A stretch of 64,000 nucleotides of DNA from Candidatus Poribacteria bacterium (lineage in GTDB: Bacteria > Poribacteria > WGA-4E > WGA-3G), in the NCBI GenBank assembly GCA_965200395.1, contig CBDAUH010000003.1, positions 959,097 through 1,023,096 on the forward strand, given 5' to 3'. Every line of letters starts with the position of its first letter. Within the stretch, counting starts at the first letter, position 1. The notes beneath the pieces are model-generated. The model saw only the letters and a list, made by a program, of their open reading frames with translations. It was not told the DNA's origin and searched no databases. The translations under genes were made by a program, and so were the position numbers. Shown piece by piece: positions 9,889-20,555 of the stretch.

Positions 9889-10018
9889 GTTACTGTCTAC
9901 TGATTCACACAACTTGCTACTAACTCTAAATATGATGACGTTTTTGCTGATCTTCATTCAGTTTGGGTGTCCATGGAACGCGAACTAACAGTTTGCTCTA
10001 CCAAAAATTGCACGGTGA

Positions 10019-10780
10019 TTATGCCAATACCTCTCGTCGACTTGGTGAATCAATAAACAACGAATCACCTCCATCAATCGTCAATTCCAATCCTGTAACC
10101 CATGCAGCTTCGTCTGAGCAAAGCCATAAGGCACTGTACGCCACATCAATCGGATTTCCGAGACGTTCTAACTGTGTTGTTACAGGGGCAATTTTTCCAT
10201 CTGGCAACGGATCCCATATTATCCCTGGACATAGTGCATGAACGCGAATATTCTTATCATACAATTCTTTTGCAAGGTTCTTTGCAGTTGCTACCATTCC
10301 TGCTTTTGCAGCGGCATAAGCAGCGTTGGCATCTTGGCGAACGCGTGCACCTGCTGAAATTGTAATAATACAACCACCACCCCGTTCTTCCAGTATCGGC
10401 ACGAGCTGACGCACAGGATTGAAAAGCGTTCGCAAATTGTTTTGCAACGCACCCTCCCAATACTCAGGATCCATAGCGGTAATATTGTGTTCGGTTGAGA
10501 AAAAACCGCCCGCTGCGTGAACAAAGCAGTCAACCCCGCCGTATTCTGAAACTACCGCATCAATTAGTGTATCTACTTGAGCGGCATCAGTTAAATCGGT
10601 CTGATGCATTATCACAGTACCGTTATTTGCTTGGATCCGTTGTGCTGTTTCTTTCATTTTTTCTGTTGTGCGTGCAGCGAGTGCAATCTTTGCACCTTCT
10701 TGTGCGAACAACAAGGCAGTTGCCCGGCTCATATTTGAACCTGCACCGCCGATCAATACAACTTTATCTTTCAATCGCAT
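10019..10780 (-). CDS. SDR family oxidoreductase
   Basis: 253 aa. Glycine-rich GGAGSNMSRA loop and catalytic YAAAK (YxxxK). Confidence 0.85.
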   Translation of the reverse strand: MRLKDKVVLIGGAGSNMSRATALLFAQEGAKIALAARTTEKMKETAQRIQANNGTVIMHQTDLTDAAQVDTLIDAVVSEYGGVDCFVHAAGGFFSTEHNITAMDPEYWEGALQNNLRTLFNPVRQLVPILEERGGGCIITISAGARVRQDANAAYAAAKAGMVATAKNLAKELYDKNIRVHALCPGIIWDPLPDGKIAPVTTQLERLGNPIDVAYSALWLCSDEAAWVTGLELTIDGGDSLFIDSPSRREVLA

Positions 10781-10988
10781 TTTATTTCCTTTATTGTCAT
10801 TACAATGTTTCTGGGGGTAATACTGATTGGTGAGTATGAAACATCAAGGTCATAGAAGGTTTTCGGTAAGTTTAACTTGTATATTTCAATCATAAGCATT
10901 CTGAAATTCCGGTACGTTTGCAAAGCGCGCCTACTAGTTGCGCGTAGGTCCTGATATATTCTAACATACTAAAAGAAAAAATAAAATA

Positions 10989-11837
10989 TTATTGAAGTCG
11001 ATCAAGTGCCTCTTGTGCATAGATGACTGAAGCTCGCTCATAACGTTCATTATCTTCATCGGCAGCGATCTCTTCAAATTTCGGGATAATGATGTGATCC
11101 AAAATGCCACCTAAATCGTCGCGATACCGCATGCCAATACGAGTCAAAGAGTCAAATACTCCTAAACGAATAAAAATCCATTTTTCCCCTCTCGTATCCT
11201 CACTTTCTAAATATGGTAAAATATACGGCACAGCAGGGGGACCGATCTTCACCAACGCATCGGTCATAACCCTACCGCTGATATATCCATCACACATGTT
11301 CGCTATTAAAACTTCTGCGGCGCGAGGATCGTTTTGCTTACAGAGTTCGTCAATCAGTTCTAAGACTAGATCTCCATGATTATGGTCTATTAACTCTGGC
11401 GGTGGCATGAGTTCTGCGATGAGCTCAGTTGCACGCGGTGAATGCACCCCACCCCATGCATACGGATTGTCTTTGATATACTCCAGTCGTTTGTATGCAG
11501 CTTTGACTGGATCCTCTTTAGGATCCACTTTTGGAAAATCAGGTTTGAGCACAGCTCCCTCTGGTGTGGTGTATTGTGCTTTCGGTTCGTCATGTATGGC
11601 GATGTGAGGCGTGCCATCTTCGTGAATATGAAAATCCGGATGGGATGTATCCAGTTCCCCTTCAACCACATCTCCTGGCGTTTTTTGCTGTTCTTGATGT
11701 TGTTCTAATGACTTATCCTCTTTGATGGCTTCTTTTTTAAGTTGCTCTATTTCCACATATTGCCGGTAGAACAAAGATCCTACGGCACCGATGATGAGAA
11801 TGAGAGATGCGATCCCCCAATACGTTTTTTTTGACAT
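10989..11837 (-). CDS. Membrane-anchored protein with a HEAT-like repeat C-terminal region
   Basis: 282 aa. N-terminal TM helix (WGIASLILIIGAVGSLF). The C-terminal IGPPAVPYILPYLESED pattern resembles HEAT/PBS-lyase repeats. Confidence 0.55.
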   Translation of the reverse strand: MSKKTYWGIASLILIIGAVGSLFYRQYVEIEQLKKEAIKEDKSLEQHQEQQKTPGDVVEGELDTSHPDFHIHEDGTPHIAIHDEPKAQYTTPEGAVLKPDFPKVDPKEDPVKAAYKRLEYIKDNPYAWGGVHSPRATELIAELMPPPELIDHNHGDLVLELIDELCKQNDPRAAEVLIANMCDGYISGRVMTDALVKIGPPAVPYILPYLESEDTRGEKWIFIRLGVFDSLTRIGMRYRDDLGGILDHIIIPKFEEIAADEDNERYERASVIYAQEALDRLQ

Positions 11838-12047
11838 GTCAGGTTCTCCTTACGATTTAAAATGTTATATCTATCATCTGATTTTATCCAATGGACAGGT
11901 TTATCTTGGATTTGGACATGTCTGTGTGTCCTTAGGAAAAGGTTTGAAATCAGGACATGCTGATGGGGTACAATCCCGAGCGAAAAATTCCATAGAGATG
12001 CTCCTTCGGTACGAGTAGTATACATTGAAATATTGTTCAATGCAACG

Positions 12048-12080
12048 ACAAAAACCCGCGACGCAGGACGGCGTGCGGGC
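12048..12080 (-). terminator. Intrinsic terminator-like hairpin on the minus strand with no upstream ORF
   Basis: Read on the minus strand: GCCCGCACGC-CGTCCT-GCGTCGCGGG followed by TTTTTGT. GC-rich stem of about 9 bp with one bulge, then a U-run. Confidence 0.4.
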
Positions 12081-12199
12081 ACACAAATATCATAGTATCT
12101 GTTTCCTGTGACAAAACCTTATAACCTAAATAAATTAACGAGTGTAGGCGGGGGACCTAAACAATCATCTAAGGACCTCTATGTACACCAAATTTCAAA

Positions 12200-12228
12200 T
12201 TGACAATTGGATTTGATTCTGCTATATT
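12200..12228 (+). promoter_or_regulatory. Sigma-70-like promoter for the 12275 gene
   Basis: TTGACA (12200..12205), 17-nt spacer, TATATT (12223..12228). Confidence 0.5.
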
Positions 12229-12274
12229 TAATGATACGCAATTTGTGAAATAAAGGAATTCTTCATCCAATCCA

Positions 12275-13273
12275 ATGCACATAAACAATGAACCTGAGTT
12301 AGTAGTCGGTTCTTTGGTTGCTGAGCCTGGTACTAAAGTAGAAGGGCATTTATCAGCAGGAACCATGCCAGATGGCACACCGATACAAATACCTATTGTT
12401 CTTATTAACGGAAATCATTCAGGAAAAACGTTATATCTTCAAGCGATAAGCGATGGAAACGAACTTAATGGTATCGGTGTTATCCACGAGGTCTTGAACC
12501 GTATCACACCAGAAAAGTTGAGCGGAAAACTGATTATCGTTCCGGTTGTCAATGTTCATGCATTCCACGCTAAACAGGCGTATAGTCCTGTGGACAATGT
12601 TAAAATGAATCGCTGTTTTCCTGGGCGGTCAGAAGGCACCTCAAGCCAACGTATTGCGCATCAGTTGTTTGAAAAGGCTATTCGAAACGTTGACTACTGC
12701 ATTGACCTGCATCAAGGCGGTGTTCAACCGATGATTGATGAGGTGCGTGTGCGAGTAGGTAAGAAGCACGTATGCCATAGTGCTTGTATGGAGTTAGCGA
12801 GTGTATTTGGGATAGGTTATATTTTGGATCAAAAGGGACCGAAAGGGCAGCTTGCACAAGCGGCCCCTGATATCGGAATACCTACCATTGATCCGGAGCT
12901 GGGTGGAGCTCATGGATGGGATGTTAACAGCATCAACAAAGGTGTTCGCGGTGTGTTAAACGTTCTTAAACACTACAAATTTATTGATGGGACACCAGAG
13001 GTGCCTGATAAACAGGTTGTCGTCGATAAGTTTATCACAATCCTCAGCAATAAAGGTGGATTTGTCTACTACAAAGCCAAATTGTATGATCAATTACAAG
13101 CACGACAAACGATAGCCGAAATTCGCGATGTGTTTGGAAATGTTATTGATGTTGTTCGGGCACCGGAGGCAGGTATTTTCTGGTCACACACGATATATCC
13201 GATGGTTGCAAGCGGTGGCATAATTGGGAAAATAGGAACACCTATCAGTTATCTCGAAAGGAAAAGTCGTTAA
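12275..13273 (+). CDS. Succinylglutamate desuccinylase/aspartoacylase (AstE/AspA, M14-like) family protein
   Basis: 332 aa. The family N-terminal motif is present as ISDGNELNG and the later metal-ligand motif as CIDLHQGG. Confidence 0.7.
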   Translation: MHINNEPELVVGSLVAEPGTKVEGHLSAGTMPDGTPIQIPIVLINGNHSGKTLYLQAISDGNELNGIGVIHEVLNRITPEKLSGKLIIVPVVNVHAFHAKQAYSPVDNVKMNRCFPGRSEGTSSQRIAHQLFEKAIRNVDYCIDLHQGGVQPMIDEVRVRVGKKHVCHSACMELASVFGIGYILDQKGPKGQLAQAAPDIGIPTIDPELGGAHGWDVNSINKGVRGVLNVLKHYKFIDGTPEVPDKQVVVDKFITILSNKGGFVYYKAKLYDQLQARQTIAEIRDVFGNVIDVVRAPEAGIFWSHTIYPMVASGGIIGKIGTPISYLERKSR

Positions 13274-13407
13274 TAGAATTGGTGTTATAATAATGTTTCT
13301 GCACAAGCTGGGAAGTTTATGGGACGAAATATCCTTCGTATCAAATATACTGAACTCACGTTATAATATACAGACCGAACCGAGTCATTTTGTATTTAGG
13401 AAACAGT

Positions 13408-14706
13408 ATGCATATAGAGAATCGAAAGAATTTTATTGAACAGATGGAATCCGACAGCGTTGCAATTTTTGCAAACGCACCTGCAGCAATGCGAAATCAC
13501 GACACAGAACATATTTATAATCCTGATCCGAATTTTTATTACCTTACAGGATTTGAAGAGCCGGAATCAATCTGTGTTATAGTTCCTGACCATAAAAAAC
13601 ATCAGTATATTCTTTTTGTTCTTCCTAAGGACGAGAAAGCAGAGATATGGGATGGTAAACGAGTTGGTGTGAAAGGGGCTTGTGAACACTACGGTGCAGA
13701 CAAGGCATTTTCTATAGATAAGTTCAACAAACATATCGGTAAATACTTAAAGAACGCAAAAACACTCTATTACACATTCGGTTCAAATGCTCATGTGGAT
13801 TCACAGATTCTGACTCATTTTAAAGCAGGAGTCAGATCACGCATACGCACAGGAAAAGGTATTCATACGCTTATTGACCCTAGTCCTATTCTTAGTGAAA
13901 TGCGACTTATCAAAAGCGACACTGAATTGGAGCGCATTAGGCAGGCATCAAATATCACTGTTGATGGACATATCGCAGCGATGCTGGCAGCCCGACCGGG
14001 AATGTTCGAATATGAACTGGAGGGAATTATAGATGCAACTTTCCGAAGTAGTGGTGCCAACGGTACAGCCTTTCCGACAATCGTTGCAAGTGGTGGAAAT
14101 GCGACCGTACTCCATTATAGGACAAACAACTGTGAAATTAAAGATAATACGCTTGTACTGATTGATGCGGGTGCAGAATACCAGCGTTATTGTGGGGATG
14201 TAACACGCACTTTTCCTGTCAACGGCACTTTTACCGAAGCACAAAGAGAAGTATATCAAATCGTACTGGATGCTCATTATGCAATTATTGACACAATTCG
14301 TCCGGGTGTATCTATAGATGAACCGCATCAAAAGTCTATAGAATTACTAACAGATGGGATGCTACGGCTTGGATTATTAAAAGGGAAGGCGGAGAAATTA
14401 ATCAAAAAAGAGGCATATAAGCAATTTTATATGTATCGTATTGGGCACATGCTCGGTTTAGATGTGCATGATGTTAATTGTGTGCGTGATGCAGAGGGGG
14501 AGTACAAAACCTTTGAACCCGGTATGGTAATTACGATTGAGCCTGGATTATACGTTGCGGAAGGCACAAAAAAAGTTCCACCTGAATATCTCGGTATCGG
14601 TATCCGCATTGAGGACGACATCCTTGTCACAGAAGATGGATATGAAGTGCTAACTGACGTTGTGCCAAAAGAGATTGATGCTATTGAAGAGCTTATGAAT
14701 CAGTAA
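13408..14706 (+). CDS. pepP: Xaa-Pro aminopeptidase (M24B)
   Basis: M24 signatures DAGAEY, GDVTRTF, IGHMLGLDVHD, IEPGLY and GIRIEDD. The ATG at 13408 is preferred over the TTG at 13390. Confidence 0.9.
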   Translation: MHIENRKNFIEQMESDSVAIFANAPAAMRNHDTEHIYNPDPNFYYLTGFEEPESICVIVPDHKKHQYILFVLPKDEKAEIWDGKRVGVKGACEHYGADKAFSIDKFNKHIGKYLKNAKTLYYTFGSNAHVDSQILTHFKAGVRSRIRTGKGIHTLIDPSPILSEMRLIKSDTELERIRQASNITVDGHIAAMLAARPGMFEYELEGIIDATFRSSGANGTAFPTIVASGGNATVLHYRTNNCEIKDNTLVLIDAGAEYQRYCGDVTRTFPVNGTFTEAQREVYQIVLDAHYAIIDTIRPGVSIDEPHQKSIELLTDGMLRLGLLKGKAEKLIKKEAYKQFYMYRIGHMLGLDVHDVNCVRDAEGEYKTFEPGMVITIEPGLYVAEGTKKVPPEYLGIGIRIEDDILVTEDGYEVLTDVVPKEIDAIEELMNQ

Positions 14707-14709
14707 GAC

Positions 14710-14730
14710 TCACATGTATGTAACATGTGA
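14710..14730 (+). terminator. Hairpin downstream of pepP (possible terminator)
   Basis: TCACATGT-ATGTA-ACATGTGA, a perfect 8-bp stem starting 4 nt after the stop. There is no strong T-run, so this is weak. Confidence 0.3.
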
Positions 14731-14834
14731 TTATAATCTAAGAAAATTAGAAAAACAAAATTTTTGAAAATAAATTGAAGAAAAATAGATACTGATACAA
14801 CAAATTATGTAACCTTTGCGCAAGGTGGACTTTT

Positions 14835-15392
14835 ATGATTCCAGATGATGTATATGTACATAAAACAGTAGAAGGCGATGTTGAGGCGTTCAACGAATTG
14901 GTTAATCGCCACCGTTCCAAAATATATGGGCTTGCATACCGAATGCTCGGAAATGCAGAAGATGCCGAGGACGCTACGCAAGAGACGTTCTTAGAGGCAT
15001 ATAAGTCTATCAAAACTTTTCGTTTTCAATCACAGTTCGGAACATGGTTATATCGGGTTGGTCTGAACACTTGCAATCAATATATTCGGAAAGCCAAGTC
15101 CCGCAACAGGATGATTGAGGCATATACCGAAGAATCGTCAGCACGCGGTTTGACTGTAGAACATAATGTTCCTGAAGGGAAGGCATTAAAGTCTGAACAA
15201 AGTCAAGTAGTTCAAGCTGCTATTGATCGTTTGCCCCCGAAGCAGCGAGAGGTGGTGACGCTGTTTTATATGCAGCATCTCAAATACAAAGAGATTGCTG
15301 AAATACTTGACTGTTCTCTTGGGACCGTTGCCTCCAGATTGAACAAGGCAACACAGAACCTTAAAGCAAAATTGGAGAAATACTATTATTGA
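14835..15392 (+). CDS. ECF-type RNA polymerase sigma-70 family factor
   Basis: 185 aa. Region 2 (DAEDATQETFLEAY) and region 4 HTH (YKEIAEILDCSLGTVASRL). Confidence 0.9.
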   Translation: MIPDDVYVHKTVEGDVEAFNELVNRHRSKIYGLAYRMLGNAEDAEDATQETFLEAYKSIKTFRFQSQFGTWLYRVGLNTCNQYIRKAKSRNRMIEAYTEESSARGLTVEHNVPEGKALKSEQSQVVQAAIDRLPPKQREVVTLFYMQHLKYKEIAEILDCSLGTVASRLNKATQNLKAKLEKYYY

Positions 15393-15448
15393 GTATTACG
15401 ATGACTGCATGAACAATCTCTTGAACTATGTGAATGAGGATTGTTAAA

Positions 15449-16132
15449 ATGAAATGTGAACAGGCTCGCGAACACTTAGTACTACACCGTCAAGATTCCG
15501 TGTTAACTGGAACGAAACGGCAAGAGTTTCTAAATCATCTACATGGATGTAAGAGCTGCCAAGTTGAATATGAAGGGTTATGGCATACTGCTGCGGTGTT
15601 AGGAAATCTTGAAGCACCAACACCTTCTCCTGAGTTACTTGGAAATATTCAGAACAAAATCAGGGAACTCTATAAGCAGAACCAGACTGCATTTTTTGCT
15701 AACCCGTTTTCGTGGCTTTTCGAAAAAATCAATTTAGATATTTCACCACGGATTGTCAATAGTGTTGCCCTGCTTTGCTATCTGGTTGCATCTGCTTTTT
15801 TAGTAAAGTTCGCTTTTTTCACGGATGCACCGAAGCAAAAACTCGGTTTGACTGCAATGGAAGCATCCCGTCGAGTAAAACCGGGGCAAACTTCACCATC
15901 ACAGTTAGGATCACTAAAATTTAACAGTGTCAAGGAGAAGCAAATGCTTTCTACTAATGTGATAGGAGAGGATACAATTGATCTTTCTCGTCCATTTGTA
16001 GACGTTAAATCAGAGGAAATGTGGCACACCGATACTAACAATCAGCATGCGGAGACTGTTGATGCACTCTATCCGAAGACTCTGAGCGATAAACTCACAC
16101 TTTTCTGGAGTGACATCAAAACAGACCTATAA
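15449..16132 (+). CDS. Anti-sigma factor (zf-HC2 type) with one TM segment
   Basis: Immediately downstream of the ECF sigma gene. H-x3-C-x2-C motif (HLHGCKSCQ) and a central hydrophobic helix. The ATG at 15449 has GAGG upstream; 15434 is an alternative start. Confidence 0.65.
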   Translation: MKCEQAREHLVLHRQDSVLTGTKRQEFLNHLHGCKSCQVEYEGLWHTAAVLGNLEAPTPSPELLGNIQNKIRELYKQNQTAFFANPFSWLFEKINLDISPRIVNSVALLCYLVASAFLVKFAFFTDAPKQKLGLTAMEASRRVKPGQTSPSQLGSLKFNSVKEKQMLSTNVIGEDTIDLSRPFVDVKSEEMWHTDTNNQHAETVDALYPKTLSDKLTLFWSDIKTDL

Positions 16133-16186
16133 GGAGACCTATATAACCTACAACCATATTTATATTACTATCAGTTCAGAAGTTAC

Positions 16187-16216
16187 GAGGCGCAACATCT
16201 TGTGCCTCTTTTTTTA
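16187..16216 (+). terminator. Rho-independent terminator after the sigma/anti-sigma pair
   Basis: GAGGC-(12 nt)-GCCTC followed by TTTTTTT (16209..16215). Confidence 0.65.
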
Positions 16217-16434
16217 TGTATATGAGCATCTCTAAAATAGGATTGACCCACCAACAATTTTACGATAAAATAGATACACAAATTTATAGGACAAAACGTT
16301 ATACCATTTCTGAAAATAACGGACACTTTAAGAAATAACAGGTTTGTAGTTGCGCGATTCATTGCGCTTCTTACATTTCAGTTCAAAGGGAAAAATCATT
16401 TATAGAATTGGTATGAGTTTATCGGACATGCAAA

Positions 16435-17502
16435 TTGACACTACCATTACTTGAAGTCTCAAATCTAAAAACAGTGTTTCCCACAGAGGGAGGACTTGTA
16501 AATGCTGTAAACGATGTCAGTTTTTCCATTGAACGTGGTAAAACTGTTGGCATTGTTGGGGAAAGCGGATGTGGGAAAAGTATTACCGGACTTTCCGTAC
16601 TCCAACTTGTGCCAAATCCAGGCAGGATTGAAGCAGGCGAGATACTGTTTTATCGAGATGAAGATGACGCACCGTTAAATATAGCACAGGTATCGCCGCG
16701 TAGCAAACTAATGCGTGAAATCAGAGGAAACGAAATCGCAATTATTTTTCAAGAACCGATGACTTCTCTCAATCCTGTCTTTACTGTAGGAGATCAAATT
16801 GCTGAAGCAATTGTCCTGCACCACGAACAAAAACCGGCATTACTGTCGCGTTTGGGTTTGCATACCAATCCAAGTTGGGCGAGACAACTTGCTATTGAAA
16901 TGCTCGAACGTGTGGGGATACCTGCTCCTGAACAACGAGTTGATGAATATCCGCACCAACTCTCTGGCGGGATGCGTCAACGGGTGATGATCGCAATGGC
17001 TCTCTGTTGTGCTCCTGCACTTCTCATAGCGGATGAACCTACCACAGCCCTTGATGTTACTATACAAGCACAAGTTCTTGCCCTCATGCAGGAGCTGCAA
17101 GCGGAAATTGGTATGGCTATTATGTTAATAACACATGACCTCGGCATTATTGCAGACGTGGCTGATGAGGTAGTTGTTATGTATGCAGGGCGTGTTGTTG
17201 AAAAAGGAACCGTTGATGAGATTTTCTATAATCCATTACACCCATATACACGCGGTTTACTCAACTCGATTCCAACGCTCAGTGGAACGCAGCAAAATAC
17301 TTTGCCTTCAATTCCAGGCACGGTACCGCATCCGTTGGCACTTCCTAACGGATGCTCATTTCAACCGAGATGTGTAGAAAGTGTACAAGAATGCGAACAA
17401 ATGCCCGAACTCAAGACTTATAGAGACCACAATAGAATGGGATCAGAAAACGGAAGACACGCCGTAAGATGTTGGCTTTGTGAGGAGAACTCCGATGTCT
17501 AA
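16435..17502 (+). CDS. ABC transporter ATP-binding protein, oligopeptide/dipeptide (OppD/DppD-like)
   Basis: Walker A GESGCGKS, signature LSGGMRQR, Walker [13 protein letters not shown], and the C-terminal Cys-containing oligopeptide-type extension. TTG start. Confidence 0.9.
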   Translation: MTLPLLEVSNLKTVFPTEGGLVNAVNDVSFSIERGKTVGIVGESGCGKSITGLSVLQLVPNPGRIEAGEILFYRDEDDAPLNIAQVSPRSKLMREIRGNEIAIIFQEPMTSLNPVFTVGDQIAEAIVLHHEQKPALLSRLGLHTNPSWARQLAIEMLERVGIPAPEQRVDEYPHQLSGGMRQRVMIAMALCCAPALLIADEPTTALDVTIQAQVLALMQELQAEIGMAIMLITHDLGIIADVADEVVVMYAGRVVEKGTVDEIFYNPLHPYTRGLLNSIPTLSGTQQNTLPSIPGTVPHPLALPNGCSFQPRCVESVQECEQMPELKTYRDHNRMGSENGRHAVRCWLCEENSDV

Positions 17503-18493
17503 ACTGCTTGACGTAAAAAACCTAAGAAAATATTTTCCTATACGAAAGGGGATACTTCGCCGTACTATCGGACATGTCAAAGCAGTGGATGGAATCAGTT
17601 TCGACGTGCAACGCGGGGAAACTCTCGGACTAGTCGGAGAAAGCGGTTGCGGAAAAACGACTGCGAGCAGATGTCTACTCAGACTCATCACACCGACAGG
17701 TGGCAACTTTACTTTTGGTGACGAGCAGGTAGATTTAGCGAAATTGACTGCTAAAGAGATGCGTCCTTTTCGCAAACGTATACAAATGATTTTTCAAGAC
17801 CCGCATTCCTCTCTAAATCCTCGAATGACTGTAGCAAGTATCGTCGGTGAACCACTACGTGTTAACCGCGTAGTCAAAAAAGATAAACTGCAGGACAGAA
17901 TTGTTGAACTGTTAGAATCGGTTGGGTTAACATCACAAGATATGCGACGGTATCCACATGCATTCAGTGGTGGGCAACGTCAACGCATTGGGATTGCACG
18001 TGCTTTAGCCCTGCAACCGGAATTGATCGTTGCGGATGAACCGGTGTCCGCGCTTGATGTGTCGGTTCAAGCACAGATACTCAATCTGTTGGCAGAATTG
18101 CGTGAAAAGTTTCAACTCTCCTATGTCTTTATCGCACACGATCTTAGTGTCGTTAGACATATCAGTGACCGTGTGGCTGTGATGTATCTCGGAAAAATTG
18201 TGGAGATAAGCGATGTAGAGCAACTTTATCAATTTCCAAAGCACCCGTACACAGAAGTGTTGATATCTGCAGTACCGATACCGGATCCGAAGAAGCAACG
18301 TAAGCGCGAACTTATTCGTCTTGAGGGGGGCGTGCCAGATCCTTCTCAACCGCCTTCCGGCTGCCATTTTCATCCGAGGTGTAATTACGTCACGGATATA
18401 TGCAGAACGGAAGTACCGGAACTGCGGGAGATTGCCCCCGGTGTCAAAGTCGCCTGCCATTTAAGTGACACATTGGAATTGAATGGCGTATAG
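17495..18493 (+). CDS. ABC transporter ATP-binding protein, oligopeptide/dipeptide (OppF/DppF-like)
   Basis: Walker [10 protein letters not shown], signature FSGGQRQR, Walker [12 protein letters not shown]. The ATG at 17495 follows GAGGAGA and overlaps the end of the upstream gene. Confidence 0.9.
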   Translation: MSKLLDVKNLRKYFPIRKGILRRTIGHVKAVDGISFDVQRGETLGLVGESGCGKTTASRCLLRLITPTGGNFTFGDEQVDLAKLTAKEMRPFRKRIQMIFQDPHSSLNPRMTVASIVGEPLRVNRVVKKDKLQDRIVELLESVGLTSQDMRRYPHAFSGGQRQRIGIARALALQPELIVADEPVSALDVSVQAQILNLLAELREKFQLSYVFIAHDLSVVRHISDRVAVMYLGKIVEISDVEQLYQFPKHPYTEVLISAVPIPDPKKQRKRELIRLEGGVPDPSQPPSGCHFHPRCNYVTDICRTEVPELREIAPGVKVACHLSDTLELNGV

Positions 18494-18591
18494 TAATGCA
18501 AAAACAGCTAACCCTGGAACAGGAAGCAGCTTGAATATAGATGGAAAAACCGGAAGTTGATGAAACAGGGATGAATAAAGGAGTAAACCAC

Positions 18592-19419
18592 ATGTCAACA
18601 GACGTAGACCTCGGATTTTTTGCAACAGACATTTCATTAGAAAATAGTGCCGCAATCGTGACTGGGTCCAGTAGAGGAATCGGGCGTGCGATCGCTATTG
18701 AATTGGCACGGCAAGGTGCGGACGTACTCATCAATTATAATCAGAATCGAGATGCAGCTGAAGCGGTGAAACAAGCAGTAGAGTCATTCGGTAGAAAAGC
18801 AGTAATTATCCAGGCAGATATCAGTGAATTAGATGCACACCAAAGCATGCTTGAAGCTGCACACAATGCTTTCGGAAAAGTTAATATTCTTATAAACAAT
18901 GCGGGTATCACACGGATTGCTGATATTCTTGAGGAAACACCAGAACAATTTGATCTACTGCTGAATACGAACTTAAAGGCACCACATTTTCTTACACAAC
19001 GCGTTGCAAACTACATGGTTGACAATGAAATTCGTGGATGTATCATTTACACACTTTCTATCTCCGATACAATGGCATCCGACAACCGTACAGCATACTG
19101 TATTTCAAAGGCTGGATTAGAGATGAGCATGCGTGCTTACGCAGGTAGGTTAGCTATGCACGGCATTAAGGTGAATGGTATTGCTGCCGGTGTGATAGAT
19201 ACAGACCTATCCCGTGTCCGTATTCCGGATTATGAAGAGGCAGCTGATAAAGGATATATCTTTATGGTCCGTCCTGGTACGCCTGACGATGTAGCACATG
19301 CCACTCTTGCTGCGATGAAGTTATACGATACTGGGGTTGTTATCCCCGCTTCAGGTGGTGTGATGACGCCGTTACTCAATCTAAGATCCATGGCGGAATT
19401 AGAGATGAACAAATCCTAA
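18592..19419 (+). CDS. SDR family oxidoreductase
   Basis: TGSSRGIGRAIA cofactor loop, NNAG, and catalytic YCISK. The ATG at 18592 has AAGGAG 8 nt upstream; 18541 and 18571 are alternatives. Confidence 0.85.
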   Translation: MSTDVDLGFFATDISLENSAAIVTGSSRGIGRAIAIELARQGADVLINYNQNRDAAEAVKQAVESFGRKAVIIQADISELDAHQSMLEAAHNAFGKVNILINNAGITRIADILEETPEQFDLLLNTNLKAPHFLTQRVANYMVDNEIRGCIIYTLSISDTMASDNRTAYCISKAGLEMSMRAYAGRLAMHGIKVNGIAAGVIDTDLSRVRIPDYEEAADKGYIFMVRPGTPDDVAHATLAAMKLYDTGVVIPASGGVMTPLLNLRSMAELEMNKS

Positions 19420-20345
19420 GCAGCTTGCCAAATATCAATGCCGCGCAATATGGACTTCTTTATTTTACATACCATCGTATAGGCAGGATCAAACACGTTA
19501 CCTATGTCGTATTCAACGGTTTGTCCTAAAAGTATATGTGCAGCAGTCTTCCCCAAACCGAGCTCGTCCAACCACCGCAGGAGTTCTGTAGTAGCATGCT
19601 GTACTGCCTGATCTAATGGACGAGCATTACCTGCGGTAAGAATGTAGTCTTCATTTTCTGCACGAGGCCAATTTATGGATTTGCCTTTAATAATTTCGAC
19701 ACTGAACTGCACGTCAAAGGAGATTTCAATTCCAGTTCCAACAATTTCACCATCACCCTGTACTGCATGTCCATCTCCGAGATGAAAGAGCGCGCCGGGA
19801 ACAAAGACCGGTAGGTAAACAGTAACGCCTTCCTTAAAACCGCGGTAATCCATGTTCCCACCATGTGTAGAGGATGTAGCTGTGGAGATAGCTTGTCCGC
19901 GCGGCGGGGCAACTCCAAAACAACCTACCATCGGTTCAAGCGGTAAGGTAAGTTCACCCAATTGCGTCTCAGGTGTCATTAAGGTGGCAGTCCATGCGTC
20001 AACGTCAACGTGCCATTCTGCACGGTTGCTTTCCGGCATCTCTGATGCAACGTAGTACGGATCAAGCACGTTAGGAGCGACAACCGTAGCAGTTCTTCCT
20101 ATTTTCCGATTCGGAAGAAGCTTGTCAAAACGCACGACAAGTGTATCTCCTGGTTCTGCTGTTTTAATAAAAAACGGGCCTGTCTGTGGGTTGCCACCTG
20201 GTGTCACCTGTGTATCTGAAGCATCATAACCGGCATTATCCACGGTTGTTGTGACAACTGTATCACCACTATTGATATGGAGAACCGGTTCGTGAGCACC
20301 GATCGCTGTGTGGTAGACAGTTGGCGTAAAATGATGTATTGCCAT
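19416..20345 (-). CDS. Acetamidase/formamidase family protein
   Basis: 309 aa. GGNMDYRGFKEG ... HLGDGHAVQGDGEI is the FmdA/AmdA family core. Confidence 0.85.
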   Translation of the reverse strand: MAIHHFTPTVYHTAIGAHEPVLHINSGDTVVTTTVDNAGYDASDTQVTPGGNPQTGPFFIKTAEPGDTLVVRFDKLLPNRKIGRTATVVAPNVLDPYYVASEMPESNRAEWHVDVDAWTATLMTPETQLGELTLPLEPMVGCFGVAPPRGQAISTATSSTHGGNMDYRGFKEGVTVYLPVFVPGALFHLGDGHAVQGDGEIVGTGIEISFDVQFSVEIIKGKSINWPRAENEDYILTAGNARPLDQAVQHATTELLRWLDELGLGKTAAHILLGQTVEYDIGNVFDPAYTMVCKIKKSILRGIDIWQAA

Positions 20346-20555
20346 TTCTGTGGCGTTCCTCCTACTTTCAGCTAAGCTGCAATGTCAACAATATAACACG
20401 TATGAAAAACGTCGTCAAGAACTGAATAATGGAATACGAAGGTGATAAGAAGTGAGGTAAATGATCTCTGTGAAATTAGTAATACCGTTGCAATCTTCTG
20501 TAAAGTATGGTATTATTTTGAAACAAGATAAATTAGAAATGTGTAAGTGAAGTAG

